From: Alkalilimnicola ehrlichii MLHE-1
GTDB taxonomy: Bacteria > Pseudomonadota > Gammaproteobacteria > Nitrococcales > Halorhodospiraceae
Direction of reading: 5' to 3'
DNA length: 32,000 bases
Assembly (NCBI RefSeq): GCF_000014785.1
Contig: NC_008340.1
Span: 90,001-122,000, forward strand
In this document: positions 10,152 through 18,328 of the stretch, one piece after another
Layout of the letters: the number at the start of each line of letters is the position of its first letter
Numbering within the stretch: position 1 is the stretch's first letter
Notes under the pieces: generated by a model
Told to the model about the DNA's origin: nothing
What the model saw: the letters and a program-made list of their open reading frames with translations, nothing else
Databases searched by the model: none
Program-made: the position numbers and the translations under genes

Positions 10152-11567
10152 TCAGTCGCGGCGTGGCGGCGGGGTCGTGTCCTCGTCGCCGTCCTGGGGG
10201 CCGGCGTCCCCGGTGGCGGTCGGCTTGGTGGCGGCGTCGGCCTCCGCTTCCGCCTCCGCCTCGGCAACCACCACCTCGTCCCAGAGTTCGGCGGCGGCGG
10301 TCTCGGCATCGGCCCGCGCCTGCTGCTCGGCCGCTTCCCGGGCGGCCTCTTCGTCGTAGCGCGGGTCCAGCTCGGAGGCCACCGGCGTGGTCCGGGCCAT
10401 CACCACGAAGGGCTCCTGGTCCTCCGGGGCCACTGACTCGCGACGCATTTGCCAGGCGGCCAGGGCCACGCCCAGGGCGATGACCGCAACGAACAGGAAC
10501 AGCCCGGTATTGCCGACCCGGCCCATCACCTGACCGGCCAGCACCGGCCCCACCGCCGATCCCAACCCCCACAGGAACAGCAGTGCCGCGCTGATGGTGA
10601 CAAAGTCACGTACCTTGATCTGGTCGTTGGTATGGGCCACCGCCAACGGGTAGAGGGTGAAGGAGAGCCCCCCGAACAGCGCCCCCACCCCCATCAGCAC
10701 CGGCAGGGTGAGCTCGGCGGAGAAGACCAGGGCCACCGCCGCCACCGCCACCGAGAGGTTGACGATGGCCATCACCCCGCGCCGGCCGAAGTTGTCGGAG
10801 AGGTGGCCGATGGGCCATTGCAGCAGAAAACCGCCAAAGATGATCGCCCCCATCAGCAGCGAGACCCCGGCCAGGCCCAGTCCGGCCTCCAGGGCGAAGA
10901 CCGGGGTCAGGGCAAACACCGCCCCGTTGACCATGCCCGCACCGATGCAGGCCACCACCCCCAACGGTGACTCGGTGAGCGCCGGCCTCAGCGCCATGCC
11001 GTGGCTTTCCGGCGGCGAGGGGTGGAGGCCCCGGGTCATGGCCACCGGGATCAGGCAGAGGGCGAACAGGCCGGCGGTGATCATGAACAGCTCGGTGGTG
11101 GCGGGGTCGGCGGCGAAGAGCAGGAATTGCCCGGTGCCGAGGCCCAGGTAGCTGACCACCTGGTAGACCGAGAACACCCGGCCCCGGTTGGCCGCCGAGG
11201 AGCGCTCGTTGAGCCAGCTCTCGATGACCATGTAGATGCCAGCGGCGGCGAAGCCGGTGATCACCCGCAGCAGGGCCCAAACCCATACCGAGACGAACAG
11301 CCCGTGCAGCAGCACGGCGGCGGTGGCGCAGGCGGCGAAGACGGCAAAGGCTCGGATGTGCCCGGCCCGGCGGATCACCCGGCCGGCCTCCATGGCCCCC
11401 ACCATTAACCCCACGAAGAAGGCGGCCATGACCAGGCCGGTGACCTGCGGGTCGAAGCCGTCCAGGGTCATACGCACGCCGAGCAGGGTGCCCAGCAGCC
11501 CGCTGCCCAGCGTGAACAGCCCTACTGAGCCCAGCAGCGCCAGGATCGAGAGAAAAACCTGCGCCAC
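10152..11567 (-). CDS. MFS transporter, YcaD-like
   Basis: About 12 hydrophobic segments. 'VFLSILALLGSVGLFTLGSGLLGTLLGVRM' and 'GAIIFGGFLLQWPIGHLSDNFGRRGVM'. Likely GTG start at 11567; the ORF extends upstream to 11639. Confidence 0.86.
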   Translation of the reverse strand: MAQVFLSILALLGSVGLFTLGSGLLGTLLGVRMTLDGFDPQVTGLVMAAFFVGLMVGAMEAGRVIRRAGHIRAFAVFAACATAAVLLHGLFVSVWVWALLRVITGFAAAGIYMVIESWLNERSSAANRGRVFSVYQVVSYLGLGTGQFLLFAADPATTELFMITAGLFALCLIPVAMTRGLHPSPPESHGMALRPALTESPLGVVACIGAGMVNGAVFALTPVFALEAGLGLAGVSLLMGAIIFGGFLLQWPIGHLSDNFGRRGVMAIVNLSVAVAAVALVFSAELTLPVLMGVGALFGGLSFTLYPLAVAHTNDQIKVRDFVTISAALLFLWGLGSAVGPVLAGQVMGRVGNTGLFLFVAVIALGVALAAWQMRRESVAPEDQEPFVVMARTTPVASELDPRYDEEAAREAAEQQARADAETAAAELWDEVVVAEAEAEAEADAATKPTATGDAGPQDGDEDTTPPPRRD

Positions 11568-11599
11568 GCCAAACCCCCCAGGCGGGTGCCCCGCGTCCG

Positions 11600-12112
11600 T
11601 CAGTCGCTGTGTTCCGGCGTGAAGCCGCCGGCCTCGCACGCCTCCAGTATGGCGGGGATCTGCGGCGGGTCACAGTCACAGGCGGGGGGCGTGCGCATGA
11701 CCATGCCCCAGGTCAGGTAGCCGGCCACCGCGTGGGTGAGGTCCTCGTTGTCCAGATCGGCGGTCTCGCGATCACCCACCACCCGCTCGGCCTCGCGCTG
11801 TACCACCATGTTGTGGCGGATGCGCTGGCCACGGTAGTAGCGCTCGGTGATGATCTCCATCTGCCGGCAGACGTCGCCGCCTTGTTGCCACTCCCGCTGA
11901 ATGCGTAGCAGTGCGGGTGGGGTCTCGGGGTTTTGGACCAAGTCATCGGCGATGGTGCGCGACGCGATCACCCGCGCGATCAGCTGCCCGTCGCCCTGTT
12001 CCTCGGCCGCTGCCAGTGCCGCATCCCAAGGGTCAGGTGCGACACCGGTCTGGGCCATGGCCAGGGTCGGGCTCAGCATCAGGAGCATCATCAGGGTGCG
12101 TGTGGGGGGCAT
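11600..12112 (-). CDS. hypothetical exported protein
   Basis: 170 aa with a signal peptide 'MPPTRTLMMLLMLSPTLAMAQ'. Family not recognised. Confidence 0.65.
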   Translation of the reverse strand: MPPTRTLMMLLMLSPTLAMAQTGVAPDPWDAALAAAEEQGDGQLIARVIASRTIADDLVQNPETPPALLRIQREWQQGGDVCRQMEIITERYYRGQRIRHNMVVQREAERVVGDRETADLDNEDLTHAVAGYLTWGMVMRTPPACDCDPPQIPAILEACEAGGFTPEHSD

Positions 12113-12227
12113 GGCAACTCCGCGGGGCGATGGGCGGGTGGGTGATCCGTTTCACTGTCAGCGAATGTTACATTAGGGGGTAACGGCCGCCCAGCCCGGG
12201 TGGGCGGTAACCGCATTTTTTCAGCGC

Positions 12228-12761
12228 ATGGGTACGGTGATCGTGACCGAGCAGCAGGAACATCGGGCCTGGTACCTCATTTATACCAAGCCGAGACAGG
12301 AGGAGGCGGCGCGCGACAACCTCGGGCGCCAGGGCTTCCACGCCTGGCTGCCGCGGGTGCGGGTGGTCAAACGCCGGGGCACGCGCCGGGTGCCGGTGGT
12401 GGAGCCCATGTTTCCCCGTTACCTGTTCGTGGAGTTGGACAGCGCCTACCAGGACTGGAGCCCCATCAGCTCCACCCTGGGCGTAACCAGCCTGGTGCGC
12501 TTTGGCGGCGTCCCGGCCAAGGTCCCGGGGCCGCTGGTGGCGGCCCTGCAGGCGCGGGCCGACGAGGACGACATCTGCGATCTCTCGGCCCGACAGCAGC
12601 CGCGCGCGGGTGACACCGTGCGAGTGGCGCACGGGGCCTTCGCCGGCTACGAGGCCGTGTTCCAGGCCCGTAGCGGGCGCGAGCGGGTGCTGGTGCTGCT
12701 GGAGGTGGCGGGCAAACAGTCCCGCGTCACCCTGCCGGCGGACGACATCGACCCCGTTTAG
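12228..12761 (+). CDS. rfaH: RfaH/NusG-family transcription antiterminator
   Basis: 'RAWYLIYTKPRQEEAARDNLGRQGFHAWLPRVR', 'PMFPRYLFVELD', 'STLGVTSLVRFGG' and a C-terminal KOW-like 'GDTVRVAHGAFAGYEAVFQA'. Confidence 0.9.
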   Translation: MGTVIVTEQQEHRAWYLIYTKPRQEEAARDNLGRQGFHAWLPRVRVVKRRGTRRVPVVEPMFPRYLFVELDSAYQDWSPISSTLGVTSLVRFGGVPAKVPGPLVAALQARADEDDICDLSARQQPRAGDTVRVAHGAFAGYEAVFQARSGRERVLVLLEVAGKQSRVTLPADDIDPV

Positions 12762-12857
12762 GAGGACGCGGAAGAAACGGCCATTGCGAGTGTAGCTTCC
12801 ACCGTCATTGCCCCCGCACGCAGCCCCCGTCATCGCGAGGGCCGAAGGCTTTCCCCT

Positions 12858-12935
12858 CGTCATCGCGAGGGCCGAAGGCCCGTGGCGATCCAGGGCGGTA
12901 GACTGCCACGTCGGCTTCGCCTCCTCGCAGTGACG
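12858..12935 (-). repeat. Dispersed ~78 bp repeat, copy E (inverted relative to A-D)
   Basis: CGTCATCGCGAGGGCCGAAGGCCCGTGGCGATCCAGGGCGGTAGACTGCCACGTCGGCTTCGCCTCCTCGCAGTGACG. Confidence 0.9.
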
Positions 12936-13048
12936 GTGGGGGTGGGGCCTCCTCGCAGTGACGATGGAGGTGGGTCCGCAGTGACGGTGGGGGCGACCTG
13001 CCGCTTTGGGCACAGTACAGTTCTTCAAGAGGCGCGAAGCCTTATCCC

Positions 13049-13127
13049 CGTCATCGCGAGGAGCGCAGCGACGCGGCGATCCAAACGGCGCCTGGACTGC
13101 CGCGTCGCTGCGCTCCTCGCAGTGACG
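13049..13127 (-). repeat. Dispersed repeat, copy F (inverted)
   Basis: CGTCATCGCGAGGAGCGCAGCGACGCGGCGATCCAAACGGCGCCTGGACTGCCGCGTCGCTGCGCTCCTCGCAGTGACG. Confidence 0.9.
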
Positions 13128-13173
13128 GTGGGGGCGGGCCCGCGCCCGTAGTGGTGGTGGCAGCGGGCCCGGG

Positions 13174-13569
13174 TCAGCCGATGAAGGGCAGGGGCGTGCG
13201 GGTCAGGGCCACGGCGTAGATGTAGGCGAAGGTGAACACCGCCGCGAAGAAGGCCACCGCCTTGGCCACCGGCGTCCGGCCGCGCCGGAGGGCGATGGTG
13301 CCCAACACGATGTAGAGGATCAGGCCGATGATCTTGGCCATAATCCAGCCGTGGGCGAAGGGGTTGAGCGACAGCACGGCCAGCAGCCCCAGCGCCGTGA
13401 GCAGCAGCACGGTGTCAAAGATGTGCGGCACGATCCGCACCGCCTTGTTGGCCAGCAGTTCCGGCTTGATGGGCAGCAGCAGCCCGCGCAATACGAACAG
13501 CGCGATGCTGATGATGGCCATGAGCATGTGAGTGTGCTTGAGCGGGAAGTACAATTCTGCCGGCAGCAT
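13174..13569 (-). CDS. SirB2-like membrane protein
   Basis: 131 aa from ATG 13569: 'LYFPLKHTHMLMAIISIALFVLRGLL...KAVRIVPHIFDTVLLLTALGL...WIMAKIIGLILYIVLGTIALRRG'. Confidence 0.87.
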   Translation of the reverse strand: MLPAELYFPLKHTHMLMAIISIALFVLRGLLLPIKPELLANKAVRIVPHIFDTVLLLTALGLLAVLSLNPFAHGWIMAKIIGLILYIVLGTIALRRGRTPVAKAVAFFAAVFTFAYIYAVALTRTPLPFIG

Positions 13570-13674
13570 CCATCTTTCCTCCGCGTGAATGGGGCATCTA
13601 TTCTTGCCCCTGGCCCGCCAATGGCGCAAGTTGGGGGCGCGGTAGGCGGCCCCGCCGGGCACTCGGAGATTGCA

Positions 13675-14442
13675 ATGAACGACGAACAACTCTTGCGTTA
13701 CAACCGCCAGATCATGCTGCCGGAGGTGGATCTCGCCGGGCAAGAGCAACTGCTGGCGAGCCGGGTGCTGGTGGTGGGCCTGGGCGGCCTGGGCTCGCCG
13801 GTCACCCTCTACCTGGCCGCCGCGGGGGTGGGTCAGCTCGTGCTGGCCGACTTCGATCGGGTGGAGATGTCCAACCTGCAGCGCCAGATCGCCCACACCA
13901 CCCAGGATCTGGGCCGGATGAAGGTGGAGTCGGCCCGCGACGCAGTGGCCCGGCTGAACCCCGGAGTGGTGGTGGAGACCGTGGAGCAGCGCCTGGACCC
14001 GGCGGCCCTGGCCGAATGGGTAAGCCGGGTGGACCTTGTGCTGGACGGCTCCGACAACTTCGCCACTCGCTACGCGGTCAACGCCGCCTGCGTCGCCGCC
14101 GGCAAGCCGCTGGTCACCGCCGCGGTCATCCGGATGCAGGGGCAATTGGCCAATTTCCGCTTCGACCTGCGGCCGGCCCCCTGCTACCAATGCATCTTCC
14201 CCGATACCGGCGAGGAGGCGCGTCAGACCTGCAGCGACACCGGGGTGCTGGCGCCATTGGCCGGGGTGATGGGCTGCCTGCAGGCGGTGGAGGCGGTAAA
14301 GGTGTTGCTGGACCGGGACGAAGCGAGCCGCGGCCGGCTGTACACCTTTGACGCCATGGGCCTGGAGTGGCGGGGCCTGGGGGTCCGGCCCGACCCCGAC
14401 TGCCCGATTTGCGCCGCGGCGGGGGCAGCCGTCGAGCGCTAG
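13675..14442 (+). CDS. moeB: HesA/MoeB/ThiF family adenylyltransferase
   Basis: 'RYNRQIMLPEVDLAGQEQLLASRVLVVGLGGLGSPVTLYLAAAGVG', 'DNFATRYAVNAAC', 'CYQCIFP' and 'TCSDTGVLAPLAGVMG'. Confidence 0.93.
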   Translation: MNDEQLLRYNRQIMLPEVDLAGQEQLLASRVLVVGLGGLGSPVTLYLAAAGVGQLVLADFDRVEMSNLQRQIAHTTQDLGRMKVESARDAVARLNPGVVVETVEQRLDPAALAEWVSRVDLVLDGSDNFATRYAVNAACVAAGKPLVTAAVIRMQGQLANFRFDLRPAPCYQCIFPDTGEEARQTCSDTGVLAPLAGVMGCLQAVEAVKVLLDRDEASRGRLYTFDAMGLEWRGLGVRPDPDCPICAAAGAAVER

Positions 14443-14451
14443 CCCCTCGCC

Positions 14452-16131
14452 TCAGCGCCGGGTTGCCGCCCCCAGTTCCGGCCACAGGGTCGGTTCCGGC
14501 TTGGGCAGTGCGGCCAGTGCGGCGGCCACGCCCGTGTCGCGGTCGTAGAGGTCGTCGCGAAAGTGCAGCGTGCCCTCCGCGTCCACCCAGGCGGTCCAGT
14601 ACTGCAGGTGGACGGGGATGCCGCGGCGCAATGGCACCGTGCGCTCTCGCCGTTCCTCCAGGGCCTTGTCAATGGCCTCCGGCGACCACTGGCGCTGATC
14701 CCGTAGCAGCCAGGCGGCCAGCTCCAGCGGCCGCTCCACCCGGATACAGCCGGAGCTGAAGGCCCGGCGCGGCTGCTGGAACAGCTCCCGCGACGGGGTG
14801 TCGTGCAGGTAGACATTGTGGCGGTTGGGGAACATGAACTTGACCCGGCCCATGGCGTTCTGCGGCCCCGGTAGCTGGCGCAGCCGGTAGGGGAAGTAGC
14901 GGTGGGAGTAGCGGTCCCAGTCCAGGCTCTCCGGATCGATCTCCCGCTCGTCCGCGCCCCAGCCCTGCAGCACCCGGAAGCCCATGCGCTCCAGGTACTC
15001 CGGGTCGCGCTGGATCAGTGGCAGCACGTCGCGGGTGGCGAGCCGGTGGGGCACCTCCCAGGAGGGGTTCAGGACCAGATAGGTCATATTGCCGGTGAAC
15101 ACGGGGGTTCGCCGGTAGTCCCGGCCCACCACCACGCGCTGGCGCATCACCGTCTCGCCCTCGGCATGGACGGTCATGGAGAAGCCGGCGATGTTGACCA
15201 GGATGTAGCGATCGCCCAGGTCGCGGGGCATCCACCGCAACCGCTCCAGATTCACCCGCAACTGCTCGGCCCGGTCGGCTGGCGGGGTGTTCAGTGCGGC
15301 CACGGTACGCGGCCCCACCACCCCGTCCACCTGCAGGCCGTGGCGGCGCTGGAAATCGCGCACGGCGGCCTCCAGGGCCTCGCCGTACAGGGTCTCGCTG
15401 AGCGGCGCGTCGTCCTCCAGGTCGCCCAGCAGCCGGAGCTGCTCGCGCAGGGTCTCCACCCGGGGGTCGCGGTCGCCGACCCGCAACAGGGGGCCTGCCT
15501 CCATCCGCGGGTAATCGCCCTGCTCTGCCAGGGCCTGGAACCGGGCAAGGGCCCGGCGCATCTGGTGGTAGTTGTCCTGGTCGGGATAGAGCTGGCGCAC
15601 CGCGGTAGCGATGTCGTCCTCCGCCAGGCCCTGGCTGAGCGCCTGCACCAGGTCCTCCGAGGGCGGCGACTGCAGCTCCCAGTCGGGCGCCACCACATCC
15701 GGGTTGAGCTGCCCGGTGAGGGCATCCTCGGCCAGCTGCAGCCAGACCCGGGTGAGCTGTAACTCCAGGTCCGCCACCGCACCAGGGGCCGGCTCCTCCG
15801 GCCAGTCCCGCAGCGTTTCACTGAGCTGGTCATAGCCGTAGGCCGCCGGGGCCAGGCCATGGCCACGGCTCTCGGCCAGCACCGCCAGGAGTTGCTCCGC
15901 CCGCGCCGTCGGCTGGCCGTCCTCGCTCCAGGCGGGCCGGTAGACCCGGTCGAGGAAGAAGCGATGCAGCGGGCTGCGCTCCGGGTCGGCGTCGCCGTTG
16001 CCTGCCTCCGCCGTGGCCACCTCCAGACGGTCGCGCAGTTGTTCGGCCACCTGGTCATGCAGAGCGGCAGCTGCCGTCAGGGGCAGGGTGAACAGGCAGA
16101 GGGTAAGCAGAAGCCGGTGAATGAGTGTCAT
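14452..16131 (-). CDS. L,D-transpeptidase (YcbB/YkuD-like, with peptidoglycan-binding domain)
   Basis: 559 aa from ATG 16131. Signal peptide, PG-binding 'AVRDFQRRHGLQVDGVVGPRTVAALN', and YkuD 'NRHNVYLHDTPSRELFQQPRRAFSSGCIRVERPLELA' with the SGCIRV catalytic motif. Confidence 0.94.
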   Translation of the reverse strand: MTLIHRLLLTLCLFTLPLTAAAALHDQVAEQLRDRLEVATAEAGNGDADPERSPLHRFFLDRVYRPAWSEDGQPTARAEQLLAVLAESRGHGLAPAAYGYDQLSETLRDWPEEPAPGAVADLELQLTRVWLQLAEDALTGQLNPDVVAPDWELQSPPSEDLVQALSQGLAEDDIATAVRQLYPDQDNYHQMRRALARFQALAEQGDYPRMEAGPLLRVGDRDPRVETLREQLRLLGDLEDDAPLSETLYGEALEAAVRDFQRRHGLQVDGVVGPRTVAALNTPPADRAEQLRVNLERLRWMPRDLGDRYILVNIAGFSMTVHAEGETVMRQRVVVGRDYRRTPVFTGNMTYLVLNPSWEVPHRLATRDVLPLIQRDPEYLERMGFRVLQGWGADEREIDPESLDWDRYSHRYFPYRLRQLPGPQNAMGRVKFMFPNRHNVYLHDTPSRELFQQPRRAFSSGCIRVERPLELAAWLLRDQRQWSPEAIDKALEERRERTVPLRRGIPVHLQYWTAWVDAEGTLHFRDDLYDRDTGVAAALAALPKPEPTLWPELGAATRR

Positions 16132-16225
16132 GGCGGGCTCCCTGAAAGGGCGATGGCGGTGCCAGCCATCCTTTTCCAAAGCCTAGCAGAACCCGCACTG
16201 CTATCCTCATCGGAGACGTTCTCCC

Positions 16226-17095
16226 TTGAGGATCGCCCCGATGCCCACTGCTGTCCGTTGTCACCACCCCGTCCCGCGAGAGCCTGCTGGTCGTCGGTGC
16301 CGTGCCCAGGGCTGGGCCCGCTGGCTGCTGCTGGCGGCCGTCGCGCTGGCCCTGCTGTTGGTGCTGTTGCTGGTGCCGCGGCAGGCACAGTCGGAGCGCC
16401 TGCCGGATACCGTGGAGCGGGTGGAACCGGCCATCGTCAGCGTGGCGACCCACCAGCCCGCCCGCAGCCCGCGGCTGCGCCATCTGGGCACCGGCTTTGC
16501 GGTGGCGGACGGGCGGTTGGTGGCGACCAACCTGCATGTGTTGCCCGATGTCCTGGACCGTGAGAACCAGGAGCGGCTGGTGGTGGTCACCGGCAGCGGC
16601 CGCAATACCGAGGTGCGTTCCGCCGAGCGGGTGGCCGCCTCGCAGACCCACGACCTGGCGCTGCTGCGGATCTCCGGGACTCCGCTGCCGGCGCTTTCAC
16701 TGGGCGATTCCGACGCGGTGCGGACCGGGGAGCGGTTGGCCTTTACCGGGTTCCCCATCGGCATGATTCTGGGCATGTATCCGGCCACCCACCGGGCCTC
16801 GGTGTCGGCGCGTACCCCCATGGCGTTGCCCGCCGGCCACAGCCGCCAACTGGACGAGCGCCGGGTGGCCCAGTTGCGGCGCAACCCGCCCATGGTCTTT
16901 CAGCTAGACGGCACCGCCTACCCGGGCAACAGCGGCAGCCCGCTGTTCCGCATCGACAGCGGCGAGGTGGTGGGCATCATCAACCAGGTGTTCGTGCAGG
17001 GCGGGCGCGAGGCGGCGGTGGGCAGCCCCAGCGGGATTAGCTACGCCGTGCCGTCGGGGCAGTTGCGGGCGTTGATCGAGGGGCATCGGGATTGA
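16226..17095 (+). CDS. membrane-anchored trypsin-like serine protease
   Basis: TM segment 'WLLLAAVALALLLVLLLVP', 'ATNLHVLPDVL', 'HDLALLRI' and 'AYPGNSGSPLFRIDSGEVVGIINQVF' (GNSGSP active site). Confidence 0.84.
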   Translation: MRIAPMPTAVRCHHPVPREPAGRRCRAQGWARWLLLAAVALALLLVLLLVPRQAQSERLPDTVERVEPAIVSVATHQPARSPRLRHLGTGFAVADGRLVATNLHVLPDVLDRENQERLVVVTGSGRNTEVRSAERVAASQTHDLALLRISGTPLPALSLGDSDAVRTGERLAFTGFPIGMILGMYPATHRASVSARTPMALPAGHSRQLDERRVAQLRRNPPMVFQLDGTAYPGNSGSPLFRIDSGEVVGIINQVFVQGGREAAVGSPSGISYAVPSGQLRALIEGHRD

Positions 17096-17206
17096 TATTT
17101 AAAGGGTTGTCCGATAGAGAACGCTGTCGAGAAATATTACACCCTCCAAAGCCTTGGGGTTTTGCCTGGGTTATAAAAGCTCATGCAGTCAATGACCTGA
17201 GTGATT

Positions 17207-17221
17207 TGGCAATAAACTTGC
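17207..17221 (+). promoter_or_regulatory. putative sigma-54 (RpoN) -24/-12 promoter upstream of a PEP-CTERM gene
   Basis: TGGCAATAAACTTGC against the consensus TGGCACGNNNNTTGC, with correct GG/GC spacing, 50 bp upstream of ATG 17272. Confidence 0.65.
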
Positions 17222-17271
17222 TAGATGGAGGTTAAATCGACACGGGCGCGTTACTGGGAGACGGCGCAAGC

Positions 17272-17970
17272 ATGAGAAACCTTAGAACTTACTTGGCGGG
17301 CTGCGTCCTGATCCTGGGCTCATCGGTGGTGTCTGCGGGCCCGATCACGTGGGAGCCCGCGCAAGACACTACCGACCCGTTTGATGTGTTCAGTGCAGGG
17401 TCGACGGTCGAGGCCATCAATGCATCGACCGAAAGCTCGGGGACGGTGACCATCAATGGGGTGACGTTCACCAACAGGAATGACCTGTTGGGAAACTCCT
17501 TCGGAAATGCCCTTGATGGAAACACCTCCGGCGACCCTTCGTACGATCCGTTCTTGAACACGTTTAATTTTGGTGGGGGGGCTTCGACGTCGATCAATAT
17601 TGCCGACGGCCTCTTGTCGTTGGGTGGATCCTACCTTGTGCAGGTATGGTTCACGGACCTGCGTGAGCAGTTTAATGACCGGGTCATGACCTTTGGCGAC
17701 GGACAAGGCAATACCCAGGATCTCGAGGCGTTGGGTGCGGGTCTGGGCCAGTTTGCCATCGGGCGGTTCAGTGCGACGGGCACATCACAGGAACTGTCGC
17801 TGGCTGCGAACGGCTTCAGCAACGCCCACATCACCGGTTATCAGGTGCGAGAGATACCGGAACCCGGTACGCTCCTGCTGTTGGCCTTGGGGCTGGTCGG
17901 GTTGGGTGTCGCGAGTGTCCGTCGGAAGGCGGTGCGTCTGACAGCGGAGCGGCGGCCACTGACGGCGTAG
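17272..17970 (+). CDS. PEP-CTERM sorting-domain protein
   Basis: Signal peptide 'LRTYLAGCVLILGSSVVSAG' and C-terminal 'EIPEPGTLLLLALGLVGLGVASVRRK'. Confidence 0.92.
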   Translation: MRNLRTYLAGCVLILGSSVVSAGPITWEPAQDTTDPFDVFSAGSTVEAINASTESSGTVTINGVTFTNRNDLLGNSFGNALDGNTSGDPSYDPFLNTFNFGGGASTSINIADGLLSLGGSYLVQVWFTDLREQFNDRVMTFGDGQGNTQDLEALGAGLGQFAIGRFSATGTSQELSLAANGFSNAHITGYQVREIPEPGTLLLLALGLVGLGVASVRRKAVRLTAERRPLTA

Positions 17971-18161
17971 CCTTCTGGATGCCCCGACGTAGGAAACGCT
18001 GAAGGGACATCTACTTCCGTCATCGCGAGCCCCCCTCCCCGCTGCGCGGGCGCGAATCAGGGAAGAACGGCGGGGCTGCCATGGCGAGGGCCGCGGGTTT
18101 TCGGTCGTCATCGCGAGGGGGGCGCCCCACCCGTCATCGCGAGGGCCGAAGGCTTTCCCCC

Positions 18162-18237
18162 CGTCATCGCGAGGGCCGAAGGCCCGTGGCGATCCAGAGG
18201 GGTAGACTGCCACGTCGCTTCGCTCCTCGCAGTGACG
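18162..18237 (-). repeat. Dispersed ~78 bp repeat, copy G (inverted)
   Basis: CGTCATCGCGAGGGCCGAAGGCCCGTGGCGATCCAGAGGGGTAGACTGCCACGTCGCTTCGCTCCTCGCAGTGACG. Confidence 0.9.
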
Positions 18238-18328
18238 ATGGAGGTGGGTCCGCGGTGACGGTTTGTTCTTTCCTCAGCTATACAGTGTCTTCATCGATGC
18301 CTGGGATCGGGCAACGCGGAAGCCCCGA

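Noticed and set aside
12181-12220. Intrinsic terminator ccgccca-gcccggg-tgggcgg followed by ccgcatttttt
   Set aside because: The hairpin is plausible, but 8-9 nt separate it from the T-run and it lies between divergent gene starts. It could be an rfaH leader feature, but evidence is too weak to call.
12894-12904. ops-like element GGCGGTAGACT just downstream of rfaH
   Set aside because: It matches the GGCGGTAGnnT core, but lies inside dispersed repeat copy E. The equivalent position in copies A, B, C, D, F and G does not preserve the motif, and it is not in an operon leader.
13174-14190. 338-aa minus-strand extension of the SirB2 ORF
   Set aside because: The N-terminal part is antisense to moeB. 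The SirB2-like protein begins with MLPAELYFPLKHTH at 13569.
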